From Octopus sinensis (Eukaryota): a DNA stretch of 64,000 nt. Location of the stretch: the NCBI RefSeq assembly GCF_006345805.1, contig NW_021832551.1:307-64306 (forward strand). The letters run 5' to 3'. The notes under the pieces were generated by a model, which ran no database searches, was not told the origin of the DNA, and saw nothing but the letters and a program-made list of their open reading frames with translations. Position numbers and translations under genes: made by a program. Below are positions 29,223 through 42,088 of the stretch, in pieces. Position 1 is the stretch's first letter; each line of letters starts with the position of its first letter.

Positions 29223-29800
29223 AGCGTGGAAGGTGTTTATAAGCCATTTAAGAAACACACAAAATCCGTTCGATTCACTTCAACATTTAAGTTTAATTTG
29301 TCAAAATATTTTCGTCGCTAAAATCCGCGACCTGTTCACTAACAAAGTCCATGCTGCATCTAAGAAAGTAACAGTTAGTTCGTCATATATATGTACGCAT
29401 GTATGTGTGTATGTATGCATACATGTGTGTATGTATGTACGTATGCATGTACGTACATACGCCTGTGTGTGTATGTATGTATGTATGAATGTATTTATGT
29501 ATGTATGTATGTATGTATGTATGTATGTATGTATGTATGTATGTACGTATGTATATATGTATGTGTGTGTATATGCACGCACACACACTCTATAAAACAT
29601 AAAGCTATAAACCTGTAGCGATGGATGGATGTAGAGTGACCACTCATCACAAAGCTATCAAATTTCAACTTCCTACGGCCGAAGCTAGAAAGTGATTTAC
29701 GATGCTTACTCCCAAAACTATACCCTAAAATCTATTATCAGATCTTTATCTCTGTATCACAGAACTATTGTTTTACTATTGTGCGTATGTATGTATGTAT
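29217..29800 (-). mobile_element. About 580-bp hammerhead-bearing module, inverted copy of 40050-40600
   Basis: Near-identical reverse complement, including internal (TATG)n and unique segments. Confidence 0.85.
29297..29346 (-). ncRNA. Type I hammerhead variant, G3:C8 core
   Basis: Minus: TTTGTTA GTGAACA G GTCGC ggatttta GCGAC GAAA A TA TTT TGACAAA; 7-bp stem I with one G.U. Confidence 0.7.
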
Positions 29801-30829
29801 GTATGTATGTATGTATGTATGTATGTATGTATGTATGTATGTATGTGTGTATGTATGTGTGTATGTACATGTGTGTGTGTGTGTGTGTATGTACATACGT
29901 ACGCATGTGCGTATGTACATACACACACACACACATGTACATACACACATACATACACACATACATACATACATACATACATACATACATACATACGCAC
30001 ATACATACACTCGTATGCATGTGCCCAAGTATGTGTGTGTGTACACGTACGTGCGTATGTACGTGTGTATGCCCATACGTAGGTATGTATGTATGTTTGT
30101 ATTCATGTGCTACGTATGTATGTGAGTGTCTAGGAGAATGGGCCGACGTGTCAGTGTGTACATGTGTATGTGTATGTGAACGTATGTCCGTGTACTGGCA
30201 TGTGTCCGTCCAAGTTGTGTACATGACTGTTACTTTGCTGAAGGTTGTATACATATTCACATATATGTTTGTATAGACGCACACACATATATATATATGT
30301 GTGGGTGTGTGTTTGTTCCTCTCATCATCGTCTAACCGTGAATGGATATAACGCCTAAGTGCAACTGTCCGTATCAAACAACGTCCGCTCATACCGTTGT
30401 ATATAACTGCACATACGCATTGCAACCTGTATGTAAGGACTACAGGTAAAAGGGAGAAAGAGAGAGAGGGGTGGTTATAGAATAGTCCTTCTGAATGGGA
30501 TCTAGATGTTACTCCATTCGGACTTTCGGTTGAGAGTAGGTTTGTATTCTTGTATACAAACATACTTGTATGTCCTTCTGATCATTTGATCACTATAAAC
30601 AATTCCTTTGTGCAGGTCTTTCAGGAAAAGCTGAATGCTCATTCGTCGTCGTCTATGGGAGAGTCCACCGGAAATTATTAACAAAACATTTCACTTAATT
30701 TTTTTTCCAATTTAATTGTTTTTCTTATTTTACTTTGCCAAAATATTTGGAATTCCTTTGAACAACATATATATATATATATATATCATACACACACACA
30801 CATATGTACAGTCATACATACACAAATAT

Positions 30830-31235
30830 ATATAGGTGGTGGTATGTCTGTGTGGATAAGGAGTTCATTTCGCAAACACGTGATTTTAGGTTCAATCCCA
30901 CCACACAGTACCTTGGGCAAGTGTCTTCTACTATAACTCCGGGTCCACCAATCTATTGAGAGTGGACTTGGTAGATGGAAACGGTGTGCGTGCAAATCCA
31001 CCTTATAAGAGGTCTTGTGTGGGGAGCGGTATTTCTCCCCCTTCTGTGACGCTTGGCATCTAGTGTTGCTTTGTTTCCATCCCGTGACATAGCGGCTTGG
31101 CAAAGGAGACTGATAAAATAAGTACCAAACTTAAAAGATATTTACTGGAGTTGATGTATTCGACTAAACTTTCAAGGTGGTGCTCCAGCTTGGCCTGTGT
31201 TCCATATATGAAACATGTAAAAGATACGTAAATAC
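30830..31235 (+). mobile_element. SINE family B
   Basis: GGTTCAATCCC B box, CCTTGGGCAAGTG core, GGTGCTCCAGC..GGCC tail. Confidence 0.75.
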
Positions 31236-31629
31236 ATACATACATACAAACATGCATACATACATACACGCATATATACATTCATACCTATATACATATA
31301 TTAACGCAAACCAATTGTTTGTGCGCGCTCACACACACAAACACACAAACACCCATACACACAAAGGCACGCGCGCGCACACACACGCGTGCACACACAT
31401 GCGCGCGCGCAAGCATAAAGGCAGGAAGGGAAACAAAATAAGAACTGCATCAAAATAATAAGGAAGAAATTTGTGGAACCAAGGAAGCAAAAAAAGTGGT
31501 GGGAAAAGATAAGGAACGAAATTATTATCACTATTTGTTTTTTGTAAACTATTTCGACATATTCTTATTATTGATAAGACCTTTTTATGCGGTTGGCAGA
31601 GAGAAATGTTTTGCAGAATTTGTTCCAAC

Positions 31630-32028
31630 TTTTTTTTATGTTCTGAGTTAAAATCTTGCCAAGGTTAACTTTTTATTTTATCCTTTCGGGGTCGATAAAA
31701 TAAAGTACATTCCAGTACTGGAGTCAATGTAATCGATTTGCTCTCGCTCAGCGAAATTGTTAGCATTATTCCAAAATAACAAAGAATTATTTATATAATC
31801 TTTCATTATGTTTTTCATATTGCGTTTTATTGATTTGACACAAGGCCAGCCATTTCTGGAGAGGGAATAAGTTGATCACAGCATCACCATTGTTCACCTG
31901 ATACTTATTTTATCGACACCGAAAGAATGAAAGGTAAAGTCAACCTCGGTGGAATTTGAACTCAGAAGGACGAAATACCACTAAGCATTTTGCCCGACCT
32001 GCTAACGACTGTACCAGCTCGCCGCCTT
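31630..32028. mobile_element. Two SINE family A copies (about 31630-31790 on +, about 31860-32028 on -)
   Basis: Core ATCCTTTCGGGGTCGATAAA on + and TTATCGACACCGAAAGAATGAAAGG...CCAGCTCGCCGCC on -. Confidence 0.75.
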
Positions 32029-32064
32029 CATGCTGCGTAATATTGGTTTCAAATTACGGCGTCG

Positions 32065-32890
32065 AACTGGCAGAAACGTTAGCAAGCCGTGCGAAGTGTT
32101 TAGCAGTATTTCGCCCGTCGCTAGTCTGAGTTCAATTTCCACCGAGGTTGATTTGCCTGTTAGGCGGCGAGCTAGCAGTTCAAATTCCGCCGAGGTCGAC
32201 TTTGCCTTTTATCCTTTCGGGGTTGATAAGTTAAGTACCAGTTACGCACTGGGGTCGATATAATCGACTTAATCCGTTTGTCTGTTCTTGTTAATCTCCT
32301 CTGTGTTTAGCCCCTTGTGGGTAGTAAAGAAATAGAAATAAGTATTTCGTCTGCCGCTAGGTTCTGAGTTCAAATTTCGCCGAGGTCGACTTTGCCTTTA
32401 ATCCTTTCGGAGTCGATTAAATAAGTAGCAGTTACGCACTAGGTCGATATAATCGACTTAATCCGTTTGTCCCTCCTTGTTTGTCCTCTTTGTGTTTAGC
32501 CCCTTGTGGGTAGTAAAGACATAGGTATTTCGTCTGCCGTTGCGTTCTCAGTTCAAGTTCCGACTAGGTCGACTTTGCCTTTCAGTCTTTCGGGGTCGAT
32601 TAAATAAGTACCAGTTATGCACTGGGGTCGATCTAATCGACTTAATCCGTTTGTCTGCCCTTGTTTGTCATCTCTGTGTTTAGCCCCTTGTGGGTAGAAA
32701 AGAAATATGTATTTCGTCTGTCTTTACGTTCTGGGTTCAAATGCCACCGAGGTTGGCTTGCCTTTTAACCTTTCGGATAAAATTAAGTACCAGTTGTGTA
32801 CTAGGGTTGATCTAATCGACTGACCCTCCCTCCTCAAATATTTTGGGCTTTGTTCCTAGAATAGAAAAGAATATTGGTTTCAAATTTTGG
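32065..32890 (+). repeat. Tandem array of SINE family A internal units
   Basis: B-box GTTCAA motif at 32178, 32368, 32551, 32735 (periods 190, 183, 184); full head only at the 5' end. Confidence 0.9.
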
Positions 32891-33109
32891 CGCAAGACCA
32901 ACACTTTTGAGTGGTGGGGTAAGTCAATTACATTAACCCTAATGTTAAACTATTTTACCCTTATTTGTTTCAGTCATTTGACTGCGGCCATGCTGGAGAC
33001 CGCCTTTAGTCGCATAAATGGACCTCAGAACTTATTCTTCGTAAGCCTAGTACTTATTCTATCGGCCTATTTTAAGCTGTTTACCATACAGCCACTCCTC
33101 CTCCTAGCG

Positions 33110-33572
33110 ACCCCAAAAGGTTGAAAGCAAAGTTGACCTCGGCGGAATTTGAACTCAGAAAGGAAAAATGAACGAAATACCGCTAAGCATTTTGTCCGGC
33201 GCGTTAACTGTACTGCCAGTTTTCCGTCTTCATACAGTCATTTAGATCGATCCCAATACGCAACTGGTACTTAATATATCGACCCTGAAAAGATGAAAGG
33301 CAAAATCGACCTCAGCGGAACTTGAACTCAGAAGGTAAAGACAGACAAAATACCTATTTCTTTACTACCCACAAGGGGCTAAACACGGAGATGACAAACG
33401 GGTTAAGTCGATAACATCGACTCCATTGCGTAACTGGTACTTAACCTATCGACCCTGAAAGGATGAAAGGCAAAATCAACCTCAGCGGAATTTGAACTCA
33501 GAACGTAAAAACAGACAAAATACTGGAGAGCATTTCGCCCGGCGTGCTAACGATTCTGCCAGCTTGCCGCCT
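33110..33572 (-). repeat. Tandem array of SINE family A units, minus strand
   Basis: GAACTCAG at 33152, 33324, 33494 (periods about 170); head CCAGCTTGCCGCC at about 33560-33572. Confidence 0.85.
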
Positions 33573-33688
33573 TCTGACTTCGTTATATTGATTAAGCGTT
33601 TAATATATTTTAACATACAGTGTGTTAGTGATGAACTTTTCCTTATAGTTTTCATACTGGTATTCTCGTTAAGGCTTTTATTATTAGA

Positions 33689-34088
33689 CTAGCAGTATCG
33701 CCCGGCGTTGCTCAGGTTTGTAAGGGAAATAACTATATAAGCATTTTTAGAGATGTAAAGTATAATAGCCATCTCAATATGGCTAACCACAAAGGGGGGG
33801 GGGGTGTTACTGTAGCTTTTTACGTTCTGAGATCTAATAATAAATTTTTAGAGTGTTACTTCCCTTATATATGCCGAAAATGCATTATAAATGGAAAAAA
33901 TTGATGGTAATTTTTTTTTTTAATCGTAGACTCATCGCAGACGCGCGCTAATACCCAGAAGGGCTCGATATGAATCACGACTATAAGATACCCGGTTTTG
34001 ATTAAACTGCACCGCAAAATGTGGGAGTAGTTAGGAATCTAAATCGTAGGAGACAGACAGCACACAACCTCACTTTTATATATAAAGA
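33689..34088 (-). mobile_element. Complete 400-bp non-autonomous Helitron
   Basis: Minus: A|TCTTTATATATAAAAGTG ... CCTGAGCAACGCCGGGCGATACTGCTAG|T: TC start, subterminal hairpin, CTAG end, AT target. Confidence 0.85.
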
Positions 34089-35354
34089 TAAGTCATTTTG
34101 TTAATGTCTGTTGCCTACCCTGAACTTTTCCTCATGGCACATGCCTCTCGGTTATGTATACAATAGTGCAAAATGGTCTCTACAAAGTTGATTTGTTTTA
34201 GAAACACTATATAAAGACTAAATGTTCAGTGATTCTCGACGATGTGACGGCTTTATTGATACGCCATTTTCAATCTAGAAATTATACATGAATATACGTG
34301 GTTAATTTTTAATTGTGTGTAGTCATGCATGTGTAGTCAGGAGTATGTTTATGTATTTGTGTGTACGTGTGTGTGTAGGCATCGGAGTGCATGTGAGTCT
34401 GCGTGTGTATGCAGGTGAGCGTGAATGATAAGTATATAAAGAAAATGACAAAAGTAACAATAAATGGGGAGAGTATAAGGAAAAGATTAGAAGAAACGGA
34501 AAATAGACATGAGGAGAGGAAGAGGAGAAGGAAAGAAAGAAGGAAAGAATGATGGAAAAATTGAAGAAATGTACAGTATGTAAGAATGCGAAGAAGGAAG
34601 ATTGTGAAAAAAAGAAATAAAAGAAATAAAAATAGATTGAAAAGTATTGAAATAATTTAGTGAAGGAAAAAATAGAAATAGTTTAGTGAACGGCAAGATG
34701 AGAAGAGAAGGGAGAGAAAAAAAGAGATAAAATAAGTGGAAAATGAGAGAAAAAGAAGAAAAAATGGAATTTTTTTAAAGAGTGAAAGATTGAGCATAAT
34801 TGGATATATTACGGATAAAAAAAAGAAGAAAAATTAGTAAAATGGTAAAATATAGGATATAGGTTTTTGGTAATAACAGAGAAGAACCTATTCTGTAATC
34901 AATAGTTAAATAAGTGCAAAATATATTTAAAAGCTCGAATATTAAAAAGCTAACAGGAAATAATTTGCATTGGGGAAAATACGTTATTAGTCAGTGATTA
35001 ATAGTAGTTTCGTTTTCCGGCATGCAACTAAGGGAGGTAAATATGAACAAGTTTCGGTTTCATTGTGACCTCGTCGGGGAAGTAGTTTTCAACAGTGAAG
35101 TTTATGCTAACATTTTATGTAATGAACTTTAAAATTTAAATAGAAACATAAATGCGTTGGGAACAAGTGCATAAACAAGATATGATACCTAAGGTAATTA
35201 TTATAAGGAGGTTATTTGGCTGTTTCCTTAACACTAAGCATTAACTGATACCATATATATATATATATATATATTATAATATATATATATACAGAGAGAG
35301 AGACAGACGGACAGAGAAAGGCAGATAGATATATACATAATACATACATACATA

Positions 35355-35527
35355 CATGCATAGATGCAAGAATGGCTGTGTGGTAAGAAGCTTGCTTACC
35401 AACAACATGGCTCCATGTCCATTCTCAGTGCGTGCCACCTTGGTCAAGTGCCTTCTACTAAAGCCTCGGGCCGACCAAAGTCATGTGAGTGCATTTGGTA
35501 GATGGAAACTGAAAGAACACCGTCGTG

Positions 35528-35570
<43 letters not shown>

Positions 35571-35725
35571 CTGTCTGTCTGTTTTCCCCCACCATCTCAT
35601 GACAACCAATGTTGGAGTGTTGTACTGACTCTATCCATCTCTTTGCCGAACCGTTAAGATATGGGGACATAAACGCACAGGCATCGGTGTCAGCATGGTG
35701 GGAGGCAACCAAGACACACAAATAC
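35355..35725 (+). mobile_element. SINE family B
   Basis: GGCTGTGTGGTAAGAAGCTTGCTTACCAAC head, CCTTGGTCAAGTG core, GCCGAACCGTTAAG segment. Confidence 0.8.
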
Positions 35726-36380
35726 ATACATACATACATACATACATGCATACATACATACATACATATATATATATATATAATATATACAATATGTTAC
35801 ATTACTCGGTATATAACCAAATCCAAAAACGGCTCTTAGCTTTTCCCTGGGGCTGACCAGATTGGATGAATCTCAAGTATAATCAGCCGAAATTGCGAGG
35901 ATAATCTGGTGCTTGATTGAAGAAAGAAAACTTCGATTGACCCATCCTTGTTTTCTTTGTATCGTCTATCTAGATGTTTTGTTGTCCCATTTTTGTATCA
36001 CCTAGCTGTCCGGATGTTTTGCGTTCTTGTCCCATTTTGTCTTTACATATATATACGACGTCTACCAAAGTTAATTTCCGTCTAACAAACCCACTCACAA
36101 GTCGGTGATCGACCCGAGGCTATAGTAGAAAACACTTGCTCATGAACCCGGAACCATGTGGTTGGGAAGCATGCTTCTTATCACACAGCCACTCCTGCGC
36201 TTATATAGAAATCTCAGATTTTTATCACAGAGAATCACGTGGAGAATGTTGTATCACTGCGACATTTTCAGATCACCGTAAAGCGGCAGGATGATTACCA
36301 TTCTTCGTTTTACCATTTTTTCTTATTTTTTAGTTGTTGTGCACCTGAGCATTTTAGACAACAATTTCCTTAATTATATA

Positions 36381-36423
<43 letters not shown>

Positions 36424-36604
36424 GATCACATCGTCAGTTACGACGACGATGGTCCCATCTGATACGATCAACGGAACAGTTTGCTTGTGGAATTAATGTG
36501 CTATTGGCTGATCACTCCATAGATAATACAAAAATCAAATGAGATAAATAAGTAAATAATTAAATAGATAAATAAATAAATAAAACCATGGCCACTAGAG
36601 CCAA

Positions 36605-36669
<65 letters not shown>

Positions 36670-36904
36670 CATGAGTGAGAGAACAGTGCATGTAATCAAA
36701 GTGATACTGGGGGTAAAATATAGGAATCCCAGTGTACCCATCATGACTTATAAGGGTACACCAGCCACCACTCGCTGGGACACACCCACCGTCCTAGAGC
36801 GAGTGAAGTATAAGAGATGTTACAGTATGACGGAAGTTTGAGGAGAGCAAATGGCAAGGGCAGTAGCGAAATATCTTCATGTAATACAACATGTACATTT
36901 AAAT

Positions 36905-37335
36905 TGGCAGGGGTTTTTTTCTGATGATACGGGCATTACTTGTCAGCATAATATTTTCAATTTCTCTGAGATATGGCTCGCCTGGTATTTTATCTAGATG
37001 TTTCTGAAATCCCTTTCTTATCATACCTAGAGCACCCACAATAATAGGAACAGTTCTCGTTTTAAGATGCTACATCTGTATTTCAATTTCTAGGTCCTTA
37101 TATTTACTTAATTTGCCAAATTCCTTTACAGATATATTTTTATCAGTGGGAACAGTTACATCTATAAGTCTACAAGTATTTCCCTCTCTTTCTTTCATGA
37201 TTATGACTGGTCGATTTATCTGGATCGTTCTGTCAGTGTTGATTGGAAAATCCCAGAGGATAGTGACATGTTTCAGGATGCCGAATGAAACACCCATGTT
37301 TCCAGAAGTGAATTATCCAAACTCCAAAGAATTCC
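36905..37335 (-). mobile_element. R4/Dong-like LINE, restriction-like endonuclease domain
   Basis: ILWDFPINTDRTIQINRPVII...LIDVTVPTDKNISVKEFGKLSKYKDLEIEI..HLKTRTVPIIVGALG: RPD/IDV/KY signature. Confidence 0.85.
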
Positions 37336-37379
37336 TCACAACACATAGCTATGATGCTCCCCACTACTTCTGCTCGTGA

Positions 37380-37730
37380 TCAGAGATGCACATATCGTCA
37401 GTCACTAAGGGACATGCTCAACTGGTTAAGGTCAAACAACTAACAAGCAAATCTGTGGTATTCAGCTGAATATTTGCTGTAGCCCATCTATTATATCAAG
37501 CCAACAGAATGTACATGATAACATTTCCAGTCAGTTAAGATCAGACGCCATGAGTGCCACTGTCTGGTATTACCTAAGGGACCCCTTCGAAGGTACTAGT
37601 CATTTTTACCCGTTGAGTTGACTGGAGTAACGTGAAATAAATCAAAGGACGCAATGCGCTGCCGGAAATCGAACTCACAACTTCACGATCATGAGACGTA
37701 AACCCTAACCCCTAAACTACGTGCCTTCGA
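37380..37730 (-). mobile_element. Degenerate tRNA-headed SINE (family C-related)
   Basis: GCCGGAAATCGAACTCACAAC..CACGATC..CCCTAACC = reverse complement of a B-box head. Confidence 0.5.
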
Positions 37731-38112
37731 AACTAGCAAACCAGTAGTAGAAAAATCCTTCCTTTTGACCGGATTCTCGTACAAATACGCCTCAGTTTCG
37801 TTAACTGTCGATAGACAGTAATATATCTTTTACTGAAGCGCTTCTCCTCTCTGCTCACTTTCTAGTGTCACACAAAACAGGACACGTAGCATAAATTCAG
37901 GCTCCTATAGTTTCGCATATACTTCACTTCGTTTTAGCCGGCAGACATTTTCGGTAAGACAATCGCCTTCAATTGGAAGAGCATGTCAAAGACTACTCTT
38001 AGGTATTTTGTTTCTTGTTCTGAGAAGCTTCAGGCGACGGTTTTTGTTTGCATTTTTGTTTTTGTTTTTGCTTATATATATGTATGTATATATTGTATAT
38101 ATATATATATAT

Positions 38113-38152
<40 letters not shown>

Positions 38153-38289
38153 TATCTATATATAATATATTATATATATATATATATCGGAACATTGGAG
38201 CGCTGGAATATTCTACGCCTCAGCAAACATCAATATTAACTCTCTTCAATACTCCTGTTGTTCAGCTCAATGTCCTAGATGTTCAGGGT

Positions 38290-38950
38290 GATGTTGGTGG
38301 TGATGGTGGTGGTGGTGGTGGTGGTGGTGGTGGTGGTGGTGGTGGTGGTGGTAGTGGTGGTAGTGGTGGTGGTGTTGGTGGTAGTGGTGGTAGTGGTGGT
38401 GGTGTTTGTTGTGGTGCTGAGATGGTGGTGGTGATGATGGTGGTGATGGTGGTATGCTCGTGATAGTGATGGTGGTGGTGGTTGGTTGTGGTGGTAGTGG
38501 CGGTGGTGGTGTTGGTTGTGGTGCTGAGATGGTGGTGGTGATGATGGTGGTGATAGTGGTGAGCTCGTGATAGTGATGGTAGTAGTGGTGGTGGTGGTGG
38601 TGGTGGTGGTGGTGGTGATGGTGGTGGTGATGGTTGTGGTGATAGTGGTGAAGTGTAGTGGTGGCGGTGAGATGTTGGTGTTGTTGTTGCTGGTGGTGGT
38701 CGATGTTGTCATCCTCCTCATGGTGGTGAAAGTGGTGAGCAAAATTATATTGCTTCTGCCTTTAAGCTCAAATTGTTGTTGGTGGTTTATGGTGGTGGGA
38801 TGACGTGGTCGTCGTCGCGGTAGTAGTGATGGTGGTGGCGGTGGTGATATCAATGGTTGTGATGGCAGTGGCGGTGGCGGTAATAGGTGGAAGCAGTGAG
38901 AGTAGTTATATAACTAATGTTCACTTCAAATCGGTGGTGGTGGTGCTGGT
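38290..38950. repeat. Compound (GGT)n/(GTA)n/(GAT)n microsatellite with internal duplication
   Basis: GTTGTGGTGCTGAGATGGTGG...GCTCGTGATAGTGATGGT occurs twice. Confidence 0.9.
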
Positions 38951-39077
38951 TATGAGGGAGGAACGTTTTGACAGAACACAAAATCCACAAATGAATAATG
39001 GATGTTAATTGTTCCGGAATGCTTAATTACGTGGAATTTGTTGATCTTACTATTTATCAATCTACCTATTTATCGAC

Positions 39078-39151
<74 letters not shown>

Positions 39152-39223
39152 GTCTATCTTTTTATCCATCTATTTATCTCTCTCTCTTCCCTTCTCTCTC
39201 TCTCACTCTCTCTCTCTCTCTCT

Positions 39224-39266
<43 letters not shown>

Positions 39267-39439
39267 GTGTGTGTGTCTTTATGTATATATGTCTGTGTCT
39301 ATCTATCCATCCATCCATCTATCTGTCAATCAATCTATCTAGCTATCTATCTATACACATGCATACATCCACACAGTGTTCAACTTCCATAATCTTTTAC
39401 TAATCTCTTGAGGAATTCGCTGAATTCAGGTTGTAATCC

Positions 39440-40020
39440 TTAATATTTTCTGCCCCGGTCTGACATCCCGGATTTTAAAAAGGATGTAGGTCACTCCCAG
39501 TGAGTTGCTGTCCAATCTCATTCCACAGTTCATATCGTTAAAGTATTCAAGAGAGTGATAAGATAAAAAAAAATAACAAACTTCCCGGAGAAAAATCATC
39601 TCATTGATTCCACAGAACACAGCCTGCTTTGTGTCAGGCGATTGCCAAACACAGATCTTCAATTTGATGCTATATTAAATGCTCCGCGAGAGAGATACAA
39701 TACAAATGTTATTTATCATGACTTCAATAAACCTTTCAACAGAGTCGACCACACAATTCTGTTGAAGAAATTATCTAGTATTGGAGTTTATGCTAAGCTA
39801 CTGCAATGTATTAAATACTTATTGACAAAAAAAACCCAATATGTTGCGATGGAGGTAATTTACTGAAGGCTGGCAAAAGCCATTAGTTGTGTCCGCTCGC
39901 ATACTGTCGTAGGCCCACTTCTATATATTATTTACAGAAACGACGTAGATCATATCATCAAACCTGCCAAAATATATACGTTTGTAAATGGCTCTAAGCT
40001 CCAGAAAGCCATCTAGGGAG
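39440..40020 (+). mobile_element. CR1-like LINE reverse transcriptase fossil
   Basis: VIYHDFNKPFNRVDHTILLKKLSSIGV..KLLQCIK...TVVGPLLYIIYRND matches RT motifs DF.KAFD.V.H and GPLLF.IY.ND. Confidence 0.8.
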
Positions 40021-40049
40021 ATTTTGGGCGCGGAGAATTTGAACCTGAT

Positions 40050-40600
40050 CTATATAATACATACATACATACGAACAATAGTAAAACATTAGTTCTGTGA
40101 TATAGAGATAAAAATCTGATAATAGATTTTAGGGTATAGTTTTTGTGAGCAAGCGTCATAAATTCACTTTCTAGCCTCGGCCGTAGGGAGCTGAAATTTG
40201 ATAGCGTGTGATGAGTGGTCACTCTACATCCATCCATCGCTACAGGTTTATAGCTTTATGTTTTATAGAGTGTATGTGCGTGCTTATACACACACATACA
40301 TATATACATACATACATACATACATACATACATACATACATACATACATGCATACACAGGCGTATGTGCGTACATGCATACGTACATACATACACACATG
40401 TATGCATACATACACACATACATACGTACATATATATGACGAACTAACTGTTACTTTCTTAGATGCAGCACGGACTTTGTCAGTGAACAGGTCGCGGATT
40501 TTAGCGACGAAAATATTTTGACAAATTAAACTTAAATGTTGGAGTGAATCGAACGGCTTTTGTGTGTTTCTTAAATGGCTTATAAACACCTTCCACGCTG
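40050..40600 (+). mobile_element. About 550-bp hammerhead-bearing module, inverted copy of 29217-29800
   Basis: Bounded by (CATA)n and (TA)n; near-identical ORF-track translations 29233+ and 40284-. Confidence 0.85.
40476..40525 (+). ncRNA. Type I hammerhead variant, G3:C8 core, U17
   Basis: TTTGTCA GTGAACA G GTCGC ggatttta GCGAC GAAA A TA TTT TGACAAA: 7-bp stem I, 5-bp stem II, AATATT palindromic stem III. Confidence 0.75.
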
Positions 40601-41824
40601 CAATTGTTTATATATATATATATATATAGATGTATGTATATATCTATACATACACACAACAAACACACACAGAGGTGTTGAGAAGGGAACTAACGGACTA
40701 ATCAGCAGAGTGGTTTGTATATTCAACACTTTATATAAGTGTTGGTGTTGGATTTTCAGAACAACGCCAAGGTTCACTCTGAAATTAACCATGGTCTTTC
40801 TTGATAGCCATGCGCCAGGATGAGAGCTTAATGTGAGATCTTCGAATTCTTGTTACTACCATATATATGTGAGAAACAGAGGGAGTGAGGGAGGGAGAGA
40901 AAGAGAGAGAGAGAGATAACATCAATAACTACCGAATGTATGGAAGGTATGGAAGGGATGAAAGGAAAGTGGACTGTCGCTTGATTTGATAGAGAAGCAG
41001 AATTGTATAACATAAGGCCTTTTGTCCTGCGCTGTGCACTCTTGGCCATGATACCTATCACGAAGTTGCTCAAAGTGACGCAAACGAAAAGAATTGATTT
41101 CAGCCAATGGAAATTGACGATGCAATTTGGTTATTAATATATGACACACACACACATACATACACATACAAACATAGACACATAGGCACGTAGCACACAC
41201 GAACGCACAAACAGACGTACGCCCAGCGTGCATCGCACATCAACAATATCACACGCCGCAAATCGATATCACACAACAACACATATCAATAATGTCACAC
41301 ATCAAACATCAATATTATCACAGGTCCACAGATTGATAATGATATCACACGTCACACATCAGGAAGGACATTAATAACAATCATGACAGAAGGTTACAAA
41401 CTGAGATTTGGTGGGAGGCGGAGTCGCGTAGAGATGGCGGAGAAGCGGGTGGTGTGGGTGATGGTGGCGGAACTGGGGTGGTTGGGAGAGATTAGCCGAT
41501 TCGATCGACCTCATTGAATACTTTGAAAATCGAACCATCAAAATCGATTAGTCGGAGGTGGATCTCTAGTCAGCCAAACTTGTCGCGACCCCCCCCCACG
41601 CACCGCAACAATTTATTATTGTCACACATTCGCACAGTAGTAGTAGTAGTACTAGTAGTAGTAGTAGTAGTACTGATTGTTTTTGGTTATGATTCGTGTA
41701 AACCAATATACATATATAAATCGACGAATGTATGTATGTCCATATATATATATGTGTGTGTGTGTGTGTCTGTCTATGCTTGTGTGTGTATGTATATAAT
41801 TATATATATATATATATATATCTA

Positions 41825-41858
<34 letters not shown>

Positions 41859-41971
41859 AATATATAAATGTACGTATCTATATTCATTTATATATATGTC
41901 TATATATGAATATATGCATATACATACATACATACATACATATATATATTATATATATTATATATTATATA

Positions 41972-42017
<46 letters not shown>

Positions 42018-42088
42018 TATGTAGGTCCCGGGTTGAATCGGGGTTAACCACAGTAAATAAGGTACTCAATACAAAGCAGAGTAAATTA

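Noticed and set aside
30600-30690. Candidate splice acceptors at 30615, 40760 and 55708
   Set aside because: No consistent open frame plus donor, and no recognisable protein similarity
32065-33572. CRISPR-like repeat/spacer periodicity
   Set aside because: Units are homologous along their whole length and SINE-derived; eukaryotic context, no unique spacers
35045-35085. CCGACGA GGT..ACC GAAAC TT GTT on the minus strand
   Set aside because: U4C change and no stem I pairing; could be chance or a very old copy
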